Shown: positions 52,915 through 64,000 of the stretch, in pieces | Numbering within the stretch: position 1 is the stretch's first letter | Layout: the number at the start of each line of letters is the position of its first letter | Assembly: GCF_030684315.1 (NCBI RefSeq) | Contig: NC_081378.1 | Span: 40,172,191 to 40,236,190 of the forward strand | Direction: 5' to 3' | From: Stegostoma tigrinum | Taxonomy: Eukaryota | Length of the DNA: 64,000 nucleotides | Position numbers and translations under genes: made by a program | Notes under the pieces: generated by a model | Seen by the model: the letters and a program-made list of their open reading frames with translations, nothing else | Databases searched by the model: none | Told to the model about the DNA's origin: nothing

Positions 52915-53760
52915 TCATGAAATCAGAGAGATGTACAGCATGGAAACAGACCCATCAGTCCAAATCATCCGTATCGTCAGGTATCCTAAATTAATCTAGT
53001 GCCAGCTACCAGCACTTGGCCCATATCCCTGTAAACCCTTAAATGTTGTAATTCTCCTAGTCTCCTCCACTTTCTCTGGCAGCTCCATATACACACTATC
53101 TTTTGCATGGAGAAGGTTGCCCCTTGGGTCCCTTTTAAATCTTCCCACCTCCCCCGCTTCAGCTGAAACCTATGATTTCTAGTTTTAAACTCCCATGCCA
53201 TAGGGAAAAGACCTTGGCTATTCACCCTATCCATGCCTGTCATGATTTTATAAACTTCTATAAAGTCACCCCTCAGCCTCCGATGCTCCAGGGAAAATAG
53301 CGCCAGCCTATTCAGCCTGTCCCTATTGCTCAAACCCTCCAACCTCACCAACGTCCTTGTAAACCTTTTCTGAACCCTTTCAAGTTTCACGATATCCTAA
53401 CTAAATCAGAGACACCAGAACTGAATGCAGTATTTCAAAAGTGGCCTAACCAATGCCCTGTACAGCTGCAATATGACACCCCCCCCAAATTCTGTACTCA
53501 ATGCACTGACTAATAAGCATTCCAAATGCCGTCCGCACTACCCTATCTACCTGTGACTCCACTTTGAAGAAACTATGAACCTGCGTTCTAAGGTCTCATT
53601 TATTCAATAAAACTGTCCAGGACCTTACCATTAAGAGTATAACCCTGCCCTGATTTGCCTTTCCAAAACGCAGCATCACACATTTATCTGGATTAAACTT
53701 CATCTGCCATTCCTTGGCCCATTGGCCCCATCTGATCGAACCTTCTTCACGATCCACGAC
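52915..53760 (-). mobile_element. CR1 LINE 3' portion, preceded by a short + strand CR1 piece at 52785-52910
   Basis: ORF 52986-53390 KLERVQKRFTRTL..FSLEHRRLRGDFIEVYKIM. Confidence 0.9.
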
Positions 53761-55072
53761 AATGCAATTCTAACAGAATTGTCACTGTGGTGGGCTCCGG
53801 TAGCAGTGAGAGATGACAGAAGTGAATTAGCAGAGAGCATTGACCTATTGATTCGACTTTACAGACCCAAGGCAAGTGGAAGCACCACAGCACCGTCTAT
53901 TGTGGAAATGAAGGCCAGTGGTAAGTATACCACACTGCCACCTACCCACGGAGCTGGATGTTGTTTATGGGAGGTAAATAGATCATGTCAAATTAATTAT
54001 GACAGAAAGGGGTTATGAGTGTGATTAAAAAACATGACAGAAATAGATACAATAATTATGTGCTGCAGGAAGTAACTGCAACATTTGCAGGAAGTCGGTG
54101 TGTACAAGACCTTTAATATATTACAAACAGACCGTCTCCAGCAACGCACCTAGTCAATTGGATGATAGGCTGCTTTGTCATTAGTATGATAGAAGAATAT
54201 TACAGGAAAGAAATACAACAGTTTCAGAGTTTGCACGCTGAACAGAACCTTACAAATGCATACTAGATAAAGTATGAAAGAGAAGAAATTGCAGAAATGC
54301 TTTAACCTGTGAAAGAAATATTGTGGCATTCCAGATATGAAAGTAACAGTGGATTGTCAGCAGAATTCTGTAATGCCCTTCTGGACGCTTCCCAGCCATA
54401 TTGACAATGCTACTTCAGTTTTCACTGCATATTGGAATAATTATGAATATTTGAAAGTTTGCCTTGGCATATCTTTACAATGATACAGATAAATATTAGC
54501 TTAGCATCACAGCTATGCTGGCAGAATCTCTGTTTAGACTGACAAATACTATTGACCATCTGAGCTCAAAATATTAATTTCTCATTTACTTTGTAATTTA
54601 GCATATTTTTGTTTTAAAAAATCCAAGTCCATTTGTTTGGGACGTGAGTCAGATTTCCCTGTTTGAAAGTACAGTGCTATGAATTGTGCTGAATATCTGA
54701 CATCTGATCAGTAAAGTTTCTCTTAAATTCAACTATCCATGAGTTGTAACTGGAGTCCAAATTAAAGCCAAGCTATAAATTTATTCACAAGCCCATCTTT
54801 AATCAATCTTGTCTTGCAGCCTTCCTGAAACATGGAAGGTTAGTATAATTTTTGGAGCTAGTTTCAGAAATTCTGATATTGAACTCACAAATAAATATGA
54901 TGGGAATTGTAAATAATTATGACAGTTGTTGTTGAATATTTTGTTTGGAACTGTTATCGTGGCTACATTTCTTGGCCAAAGATATTGAGGTCGCCAGCGA
55001 GATTTGAGAAGATTTGTAGCTCAGGTTGAGGTTCTGGATGTGAGTTTGCTCGCTTAGCTGGAAGGTTAGTTT

Positions 55073-55112
55073 TCAGACATTTCGTCACCATTCTAGGTAA
55101 CATCATCAGTGA
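55073..55112 (-). ncRNA. Minimal hammerhead ribozyme motif (family C pseudo-LTR)
   Basis: Reverse complement TCA-CTGATGA-T-GTTACC-TAGAAT-GGTGAC-GAAA-TGTC-TGA; 6-bp stem II, 3-bp stem I. Confidence 0.7.
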
Positions 55113-57370
55113 GCCTCCGACAAAGCGCTGGTGTTATGTCCCGCTTTCAATTTATCTGGTTAGGTTTCCTTGGGTTGGTGATGTCATTTCCTGCGTTGGT
55201 GATGCCATTCTTGTTCTTTTTCTCAGAGGATGGTAGATTGGCTCCAAATCAATGAGTTTGTTGATGGAGTTCCGGTTGGAATGTCATGCTTCTAGGAATT
55301 CTCGTGCATGTCTCTGTTTGGCTTGTTTTAGGATGGATGTGTTGTCCCAATCAAAGTGGTGTCCTTCCTCATCTGTATGTAAGTATACTAGTGATAGTGG
55401 GTCATGTCGTTTTGTGGCTAGTTGATGTTCATGTATCCTGGTGGCTAGCTTTCTGCCTGTTTGTCCAATGTAGTGTTTGTCACAGTTCTTACAAGGTGTT
55501 TTGTAGATGACGTTCATTTTGCTTGTTGTCTTTATAGGGTCTTTTAAGTTCATTAGCTGCTGTTTTAGTGTGTAGGTGGGTTTGTGGGCTACCCTGATGC
55601 CAAGGGGTCCGAGTAGTCTGGCAGTCATTTTGGAAATGTCTTTGATGTAGGGGAGCGTGGTTATGGTTTCTGGGCCTCTTTTGTCTGTTTGTTTGGGTTT
55701 ATTGCTGAGGAATCGGCGGACTGTGTTCATTGGGTACCCATTCTTTTTGAATACGCTGGATAGGTGATTTTCCTCTGCTCTGCATAGTTGCCCTGTGCTG
55801 CAGTGTGTGGTGGCTCGTTGGAATAATGTTCTAATGCAGCTTCGTTTGTGAGCGTTGGGACGGTTGCTCCTGTAGTTCAGTATTTGGTCCGTATGTGTTG
55901 TTTTCCTGTAGACGCTGGTTTGAAGTTCCCCATTGGCTGTTCGCTCTACTGTGACATCTAGGAATGGCAGTTTGTTGTTGTTTTCCTCCTCTTTTGTGAA
56001 TGTTATGCCAGTGAAGGGTATTATTGATGGTCTCGAAGGTTTCCTCTAATTTGTTTTGTTTAGTGATGACAAAGGTGTCATCCACGTAGCGGACCCAAAG
56101 TTTGGGTTGGATGATTGGCAGAGCTGTTTGTTCGAGTCTCTGCATTACTGCCTCTGCTAAGAGCCCTGGTATCGGAGATCCCATGGGTGTACCGTTGGTT
56201 TGCCTGTAGGTTTTGTTATTGAAAGTGAAGTGGGTGGTAAGGCATAGGCCCACTAGCTTGATGATGTTGTCCTTGCTGATGAGGTTGGTGGTGTCTGGTG
56301 TATGTGTCTTCGGTTCTTCTAATAGTGTAGTCAGTGTGTCTTTGGCCAGGTTGATGTTGATGGGTGTGAATGGGGCTGTTACATCAAAGGAGGCCATTAT
56401 TTCATTCTCTTCTATCTTGGTGTCTTTGGTGTTCAGGAATTCTTGGGTGGAGCGAATGGAGTGGCGGGAGTCTTCTACTAGGTGTTTTAGTCTTTGGTGT
56501 AGTTCCTTGGCTAATCTGTAGGTTGGTGTTCCAGGTGGCGACACTATGGGTCTGAGGGGGGCTCCTGGTTTGTGAATTTTTGGTAGTCCGTAGAAGCTAG
56601 TCCGGAGGATCCAACACACCACGCTTCTACGGAAAACCCACTTCACTTTCAATAACAAAACCTACAGGCAAACCAACGGTACACCCATGGGATCTCCGAT
56701 ACCAGGGCTCTTAGCAGAGGCAGTAATGCAGAGACTCGAACAAACAGCTCTGCCAATCATCCAACCCAAACTTTGGGTCCGCTACGTGGATGACACCTTT
56801 GTCATCAATAAACAAAACAAATTAGATGAAACCTTCAATACCATCAATAATACCCTTCACTGGCATAACATTCACAAAAGAGGAGGAAAACAACAACAAA
56901 CTGCCATTCCTAGATGTCACAGTAGAGCGAACAGCCAATGGGGAACTTCAAACCAGCGTTTACAGGAAAACAACACATACGGACCAAATACTGAACTACA
57001 GGAGCAACCATCCCAACACCCACAAACGAAGCTGCATTAGAACATTATTCCAATGAGCCACCACACACTGCAGCACAGAGGAACTATGAAGAGCAGAAGA
57101 AAATCACCTATACAGCGTATTCAATAAGAATGGGTACCCAATGAACACAGTCCGCCAATTTCTCAGCAACAAACCCAAACAAACAGACAAAAGAGGCACA
57201 GAAACCATAACCACACTCCCCTACAAAGACATTTCCGAAATGACTGCCAGACTACTCGGACCTCTTGGCGTCAGGGTAGCCCACAAACCCACCAACACAC
57301 TAAAACAGCAGCTAATGAACTTAAAAGACCCTATACAGACAACCAGCAAAACGAACGTCATCTACAAAAT

Positions 57371-57857
57371 AATAAAATGTGAGGCTGGATGAACACAGCA
57401 GGCCAAGCAGCATCTCAGGAGCACAAAAGCTGACGTTTCGGGCCTAGACCCTTCATCAGAGAGGGGGATGGGGGGAGGGAACTGGAATAAATAGGGAGAG
57501 AGGGGGAGGCGGACCGAAGATGGAGAGTAAAGAAGATAGGTGGAGAGGGTGTAGGTGGGGAGGTAGGGAGGGGATAGGTCAGTCCAGGGAAGACGGACAG
57601 GTCAAGGAGGTGGGATGAGGTTAGTAGGTAGCTGGGGGTGCGGCTTGGGGTGGGAGGAAGGGATGGGTGAGAGGAAGAACCGGTTAGGGAGGCAGAGACA
57701 GGTTGGACTGGTTTTGGGATGCAGTGGGTGGGGGGGAAGAGCTGGGCTGGTTGTGTGGTGCAGTGGGGGGAGGGGATGAACTGGGCTGGTTTAGGGATGC
57801 AGTGGGGGAAGGGGAGATTTTGAAACTGGTGAAGTCCACATTGATACCATATGGCTG
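57371..57857 (-). mobile_element. Penelope family A 3' fragment nested in the family C endonuclease region
   Basis: Interrupts ..NVIYKI|PCKNCDKHYIG..; near-identical to the reverse complement of 23490-23940. Confidence 0.93.
57428..57461 (-). ncRNA. Minimal hammerhead ribozyme motif, intact core
   Basis: Reverse complement CT-CTGATGA-AGGGTCTAGGCCC-GAAACGTC-AGCT. Confidence 0.7.
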
Positions 57858-58243
57858 ACCTTGCAAGAACTGTGACAAACACTACATTGGACAAACTGGC
57901 AGAAAGCTAGCCACCAGGATACATGAACATCAACTAGCCACAAAACGACATGACCCACTATCACTCGTATCCTTACACACAGATAAGGAGGGACATCACT
58001 TTGATTGGGACAACACATCCATCCTAGGACAAGCCAAACAGAGAGATGCACGAGAATTCCTAGAAGCATGGCATTCCAACCGGAACTCTATCAACAAACA
58101 TATTGATTTGGAGCCAATCTACCATCCCCTGAGAAAAAGAACAGGAAATGGCATCACCAATGCAGGAAATGACATCACCAACCCAAGGAAACCTAACCAG
58201 ATATATAGAAAGCGGGACATAACACCAGCGCTTCGTCGGAGGC

Positions 58244-58283
58244 TCACTGATGATGTTACCTAGAATGGTGACGTAACGTCTGA
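58244..58283 (+). ncRNA. Minimal hammerhead motif with core mutation (GAAA to GTAA)
   Basis: TCA-CTGATGA-TGTTACCTAGAATGGTGAC-GTAA-CGTC-TGA. Confidence 0.55.
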
Positions 58284-59240
58284 AAACTAACCTTCCAGCT
58301 CAGCGAGCAAACTCACATCCATATTGAGGTCACCTGTGGACATTATTTGTGACTGAGTGTGTACAGGTGCAGGTTTATAAGTTAAGTTTCAATGTGGGTA
58401 TATACATTAGCAAGTCTGTGCTTGTGTCAGGTGTTTGTGAAAGTGTATGTGCAGATATGTCGGTGTATATGTGAGTGTACAAGTTAGTGGGCATATAGCC
58501 GTGCATGAATGTGTACAGAAGTGTAAGAGCACATATGCAGATATGTGTAAATGCAGGTAATGCACATAAAAACATTAAGAAATAGGAGCAGTACTAGATG
58601 AGACAGCGGAGTAGACAATTAGATTCAAGAAGTTGTAGTTCCATTCAATATGGTCGAGGCTGATGTCTTGCCTCAATTTAACTTTCCCAGCCATTCTCCA
58701 GATCATTTGATCCCCTAAAATATGTAAAATATGTTTAAAGACTGAGCAAACTGAGGTAGACAATTCCAAAGATTCACAATTCTTTGAGTTAAAGCAAGCT
58801 TATCTTCATTTCATTTTTAAATGATTGACAACATATCCTGCGACTCCACACCACTGTTCTAGATTCCCCAGCTCAAAGAAACAACCCAGTGCCTATTAAC
58901 ATAGGCTCAACCCTTTTCTTTCTGGGCACTGAATGCTGAAGTCTGTGTGCGGCAGAGGATTCTAAGACTGGAAGTCAGTGACTTGGCCTGGCCTGCTGAT
59001 CACACAGGTGATTGTGTGTGGAACCTTGGAGGAAAATCAGTGGCTTTGTAGACATGTGGCTTCGAGGAAAACAATGGTGCCTTTTCAGAAATTTGTACAT
59101 TTCAACGAGTTCACTTTTTTTGGGAATATGGACCCAATTTAACCAACAGTAGACAACCCTCCCATTTAAAGAATCAATCTGGCAACCTTCGCTGCATCAC
59201 TTCCAAGGCAACGTGTAGTCTTCCTTAACTATGAAGACCA

Positions 59241-60518
59241 TATGGAGCCCCCAGCAGTGCACTCAGATCCTGTGCAGACCAGCAGTTGGGACTATTCACT
59301 GATGCCTTCAGATCGATGGGTTAAAGTCCCCATCTGCTTCAAGAACACCACTGTCATCCCAGTGCCAAAGAATGATCATGCAGCGTGCCTCAATGACTAT
59401 TCCCTGATGGCTCTGACCTCTGTAGTTATGAAGTACTTTGAGAGGTTAGTCATGGCTCACATCAACTCCAACCTACCTGATTGCCTTGATCTTGTGCAAT
59501 TCACCAACCAGCGCAACATGTCCACAGCAGGATCCAGCTCCCTGGAAAATCTGGATAACAAGGATACCATTTCAAGGTCCTGTTTATTAACTACAGCTCC
59601 ATCTTCAACACCATAATTCCAAACAAACTCATCTGCAAAGTTGGTCTTGGCTCCCCTCCCTGCAACCGGATCCTCGATTTCCTGATGCATTGGTCACAAT
59701 CAGTAAGAATAGGCGACAACATCTCTTTCACCATAATTCCCAACACCAGTGCCCTGCAAGGCTGTGTACTCAGCCTCGCCCTGTACCCCAATACACTCAT
59801 GACTGTGTGGCCAAATTCCACCCCAACTCCAGTTACAAATTTGCTGACAACACCTTTCTTGTGGGTTGAATCTCACACAATGATGAGTCAAAGTATAGGA
59901 AGGAGACTGAGTTCTCAGTGGCACAGTGTAAAGACAACTATCTTTCCATCAACATTTGCAAAACGAAGGAGTTGTTCATTGACTTCAGGGAGTGTAGTGA
60001 AGAGGACACCTCTGTCTGTGTTAATGGTGCTGAGGTGGAGGTGGCCAAGAGCGTCAAGCTCCTAGGAGTAATATTGCCAACAATCTGCCCAGGTTCACCA
60101 ACATCAATGCAATAGTAAAGGAAGCACAACAATGCCTCTACTTCCTCAGAAGACTTTGGAAATTTTCCATGTCCACAAAGACTCTTATCAATTTTTATAG
60201 ATGCACCACAGAAAACATTCTATCTAGATGCATAACATCGTGATATTCCAACTGCCCTTCCTAAGACTGCAACAAACTACAGAGAGTCACGAACACAGCC
60301 CAGTCCATCACACAAAACAGCCTTCCGCCCAGTGACTCCAGCCATACTTCCTGCTGCCTTGGGAAAGCAACCAACATAATCAAAGAACACTACCACCCTG
60401 GTTATACTCTCTTCCATCAGGCAGAAGATATAAAAGTTCGAACACGTTTGAACAGATTAAAGAACAGCTTCTTCCCTGCTGTTATCAGACTTTTGAATCA
60501 ATCTCTCAAATGTTAATA

Positions 60519-60564
<46 letters not shown>

Positions 60565-60710
60565 CACCTTCCCTGCAGCTATAACAGTATATTCTGCACT
60601 CTGTTCTGCTACATGATACACTTTGGTACAATCTGTCTGTTGAATGTGCAAAATAACACTTTTCAGTCTATTTTGGTGCGTGTGACAACAATAAAATCAA
60701 ATTAAATCAA
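59241..60710 (+). mobile_element. Rex1/Babar-type LINE, 5'-truncated and decayed
   Basis: PICFKNTTVIPVPK..ACLNDY..ALTSVVMKYFERLV..LD..QF; QGCVLS; WCKDNYLSINICKTKEL-like; tail AATAAAATCAAATTAAATCAA. Confidence 0.85.
60523..60559. repeat. (TC)n microsatellite in the Rex 3' UTR
   Basis: Perfect TC run. Confidence 0.95.
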
Positions 60711-62519
60711 AGCTGCATTACCTCTGATGTGGTCCAGCAAAGTTTTATACAATGAAAACAAGATTTTCCTGTTGTTGTAACTCCAAGTAATAAAGGGCAA
60801 GATGGCATTTTCCATCCTAATTATACACTATCTTGTATGAGTACACCCAATCTCTCTGTACAATATATTCTGCTCTTCCATTCTTACTAGCAAAGTGAAT
60901 AACCTGAGATTTTCCCACATTATACGTTATCTGCCATCTTGTTGCCCATTCAATTAACCTGTCTATTTCTGTTGAAGAGATAACAAGGTGTAGAGCTGGA
61001 TGGACTCAGCAGGCCGAGCAGCATCAGAAGAGCAGGAAGGCTGACATTTTGGGCCTAGACCCTTCTTTAGCTGCTTAAAGCTACTCAGTGTCTTCCTCGC
61101 AGCTTTAGATTCTACCCAGCTTTGCAACATCTGCAAATTTGAATACATTACACTTGATCTCTTTGTCTAAGTCAGTACAGATCGTTATGGCACTCCACTA
61201 GTTAGAGCCTGCCAACTTGAAAATGTACCATTTACCCCTATTCTGTTTCCTGTCCATTAACCCGTCCTCGGTAATATAACGCTTGATGCCATGAGTCCTT
61301 ATCCATGATAACATTTTATGTGGGTAAAGTAAAGGGTTAGGGTGAGTGACATAACAGGGTAGTGTGTCAGGTGACTGAGTGGTAGGGTGGCAGGTGGCTG
61401 AGATGGATAAATAGATTGGAGTAGGTGGGTCAGGTTATGAAAGGAGTCAGGTTAAGTCACAGAATGGTCAGGCTGGCTCTGTTGGTGGAGTTGGGTGGTG
61501 GTATCTGATCGAGTGTTTATATTTAGGAGTGGTGAAAGCAATAATATCTATCACAAAAAGGTTTTTGAAAATGTTCATCCATTTTGTTTTGTCAGCTATC
61601 GACAAAAGTTAGGACAAATATGTAGTGCCTTGCAATCCCTTGAGAACTGACAATGGCCATTTACACTGTATCTTCAGAGTTTCAGTGGTCCTTCCACCAA
61701 GGAGCTAGTGAATGTACCAGATAATCTGAGAAGAATTTACCTCTCAAATTCTTAACTTAGCAAATGTACAAGATGTTATATTGCCCATTCAATGTCATTA
61801 AATTGATTTATCCAATTACTTACACCATGTTTTAAAACCCTCTTACAATGATTTCCTCCAGAGAGTGCCCATCATGAAATCTGAGACTTGACTTAATAGA
61901 ACTTCCCATAGCTATTACTATGGGAACAATCTTCCACCCTTCATAAATTGGCTAAGTATGGAATACTATAGCTTCTCAAGTACCTGGCAGTTGTATGCGC
62001 AAGTATTGTGTGATTACAACTCCAGGATTTAATTAAGTCTGATTACCTTCTGAATAATAATGAACAACATCATATTTTTGAGTGAAGTGGAATGAATCTG
62101 ATATGCCGGGGGTATTTATGACAGCTCGAAAGGCAATTAAAGAATATACTCATACTTGCTTTTTATACTCTGCTCTCCTCATTTCCACACACAGGAATTT
62201 AGATTTGGATAACTGTGTCCGTCTATGTGCCTCTAATTCTGCTTTGAATTATCATCTATGGCACATTCCACCTCTGGTTCTGGTTATGTCTCGTGTCCAC
62301 CATCATTTGTAGAATTTGTGATGGAATCCATTGCATTGAATGCTGACTGTATTGGTTGGTTCACCAAGCTGCCCAGTTTTCATGCAAATGTTTTGTCTCC
62401 CTTCCAGATGACATTGTCAGTACTATGTAGCCTCTGTTGAAGCGCTGTTGCTGTGTCTGTTTATATGGTCTAGTCTGTCATAGTGGGCAGTTTTGTTTCC
62501 AGTTTTGTACAGTAGTGGT

Positions 62520-63215
62520 ATATAGATGGGGTCTATTTCAACATTTCAATAAACATTTTTTGTTTATTGCATCGGTGGTTGAAACCCGGGCCTCCAGGAA
62601 TTCTCATGCTTTGTCTCGCTTGTCCTGGTATTGTAACTTTTCCCAGTTAAACTGATGTCCTTTTATGTCAGACCGTATTGAAAGGAGGGAGAGTTGCTGT
62701 GAGTTGGTGTTCATGTATCCTGGTGGCGGGTTTCCTGCCCCTCTGTCCTATGTAGTGTTTCTCACAGTTGCTGCACGGCATTTTGTGTTTCACATTTGTC
62801 CTGCTCATTGTGGGTATGGGGTCTTTTGTCTTTGAGAGTAACCGATGAAGTATGACTGTTGGTTTGTGAGTTATCCTTATTCTAGGAGGTCATAGGAGTC
62901 TTGTAGTCAGTTCTGATGTGCTTCTAACAGAGGGTAGGGTAACCAGTATGTTGGGGCGTACAGTACCATCTTGGTGTTGTTTATTTGCCAAGCATTGGCG
63001 GACAAAACTGTTAGGATGACCATTGTTTGCAAAGATTTAAATGTGTTCCTCTTTTTTTGCTCAGCTCTGACTGTAGCAGTGAGTTAAACAGAGTCTTCAC
63101 ACAGCTCTGTTTATGGGCGCTGGGGTGGCTACTGTTGTAATTCAGAATTTGGTCTGTGTGTATAATCTTTCTATATACCCTGGTAAGGAATTCACCGTTG
63201 TTCACTTGTTCCACC
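62520..63215 (-). mobile_element. Older Penelope family C-like fragment
   Basis: ORF 63011-63217 TRVYRKIIHTDQILNYNSSHPSAHKQSCVKTLF; downstream HYIGQRGRKPATRIHEH. Confidence 0.85.
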
Positions 63216-63436
63216 AAGACTACACACTACACCCACATAGACTAAATCCTGAATTATATTCACCAACATATTCACCAAGTAATTAACCAGGCAATGGGAT
63301 CTTGGGCTTTCAAAACTGAGGTATTGAGTACAACAGCCAGGACATAATGGTAAGTCCTCTTCACGTTTATTGCTTCCCAGATGAAATTTTGTATATCATG
63401 TGCTATATGCAAACAGACGAAATTCTGCGTTTCAGT

Positions 63437-64000
63437 GATAATGGGAACTGCAGATGCTGGAGAATCCAAGATAATAAAATGTGAAGCTGGATGAACACAG
63501 CAGGCCCAGCAGCATCTCAGGAGCACAAAAGCTGACGTTTCGGGCCTAGACCCTTCATCAGAGAGGGGGATAGGGTGAGGGTTCTGGAATAAATAGGGAG
63601 AGAGGGGGAGGTGGACCGAAGATGGAGAGAAAAGAAGATAGGTGGAGAGGAGAGTATAGGTGGGGAGGTAGGGAGGGGATAGGTCAGTCCAGGGAAGATG
63701 GACAGGTCAAGGAGGTGGGATGAGGTTAGTAGGTAGGAGATGGAGGTGCAGCTTGACGTGGGAGGAAGGGATGGGTGAGAGGAAGAGCAGGTTAAGGAGG
63801 CAGAGACAGATTGGACTTGTTTTGGGATGCAGTGGGTGGAGGGGAAGAGCTGGGCTGGTTGTGTGGTGCAGTGGGGGGAGGGGACGAACTGGGCTGATTT
63901 TGGGATGGGGTGGGGGAAGGGGAGATTTTGAAGCTGGTGAAGTCCACATTGATACCATTAGGCTGCAGGGTTCCCAAGCGGAATATGAGTTGCTGTTCCT
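63437..64000 (-). mobile_element. Penelope family A 3' end (runs off the window) with intact hammerhead at 63530-63563
   Basis: LIFRLGTLQPNGINVDFTSFKI; reverse complement CTGATGAAGGGTCTAGGCCCGAAACGTCAGC. Confidence 0.92.

Larger units (their letters stand above)
54993..58320. mobile_element. Young Penelope-like element family C as a 3.3-kb head-to-head inverted pair (RT + GIY-YIG) with 11-bp TSD
   Basis: Minus arm FYGLPKIHKPGAPLRPIVS..SFDVT..GTPMGSP..WVRYVDDTF..HYIGQTGRKLATRIHEH; plus arm repeats GTPMGSP to the end; ATATTGAGGTC at 54982-54992 and 58321-58331. Confidence 0.95.
58572..61322 (-). mobile_element. Old CR1 split by Rex1 (59241-60710) and a PLE fragment (60978-61067)
   Basis: CR1 tail at 58572-58700; resumes after 60710 with reverse RT motifs (SNLQMLQS region corresponds to KFADD..). 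Confidence 0.6.

Noticed and set aside
52785-53390. Inverted repeat between 52785-52910 and about 53265-53390
   Set aside because: Two diverged CR1 copies in opposite orientation, expected by chance at this CR1 density
1-64000. CRISPR arrays, operons, rRNA
   Set aside because: No regularly spaced repeats, no gene-dense coding and no rRNA similarity; the sequence is vertebrate-like

Overview
Eukaryotic, repeat-rich genomic DNA, most likely from a cartilaginous fish (shark). This is inferred from HE1-type V-SINEs, a SacSINE/LF-SINE-like element and abundant shark-type CR1 and Penelope families. I found no convincing host protein-coding exon, so the window looks like a gene desert or a very large intron, and nearly all ORFs in the track are TE remnants or noise. 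Content: many CR1 LINE fragments, one Rex1/Babar LINE, a decayed Gypsy element plus a related solo LTR, PIF/Harbinger relics, and several Penelope-like (PLE) families carrying minimal hammerhead ribozyme motifs. Two things stand out. (1) An old, collinear ~2.6-3 kb non-coding duplication (about 32.8-35.4 kb vs 45.0-48.1 kb) with heavily diverged flanks but a 184-bp core that differs at only 11 positions with no indels, a candidate duplicated conserved enhancer. (2) Recurrent head-to-head palindromic PLE insertions, from ~200 bp up to 3.3 kb, several with 10-12 bp target-site duplications, suggesting priming from both target ends. TE boundaries are by-eye estimates unless a TSD is given.
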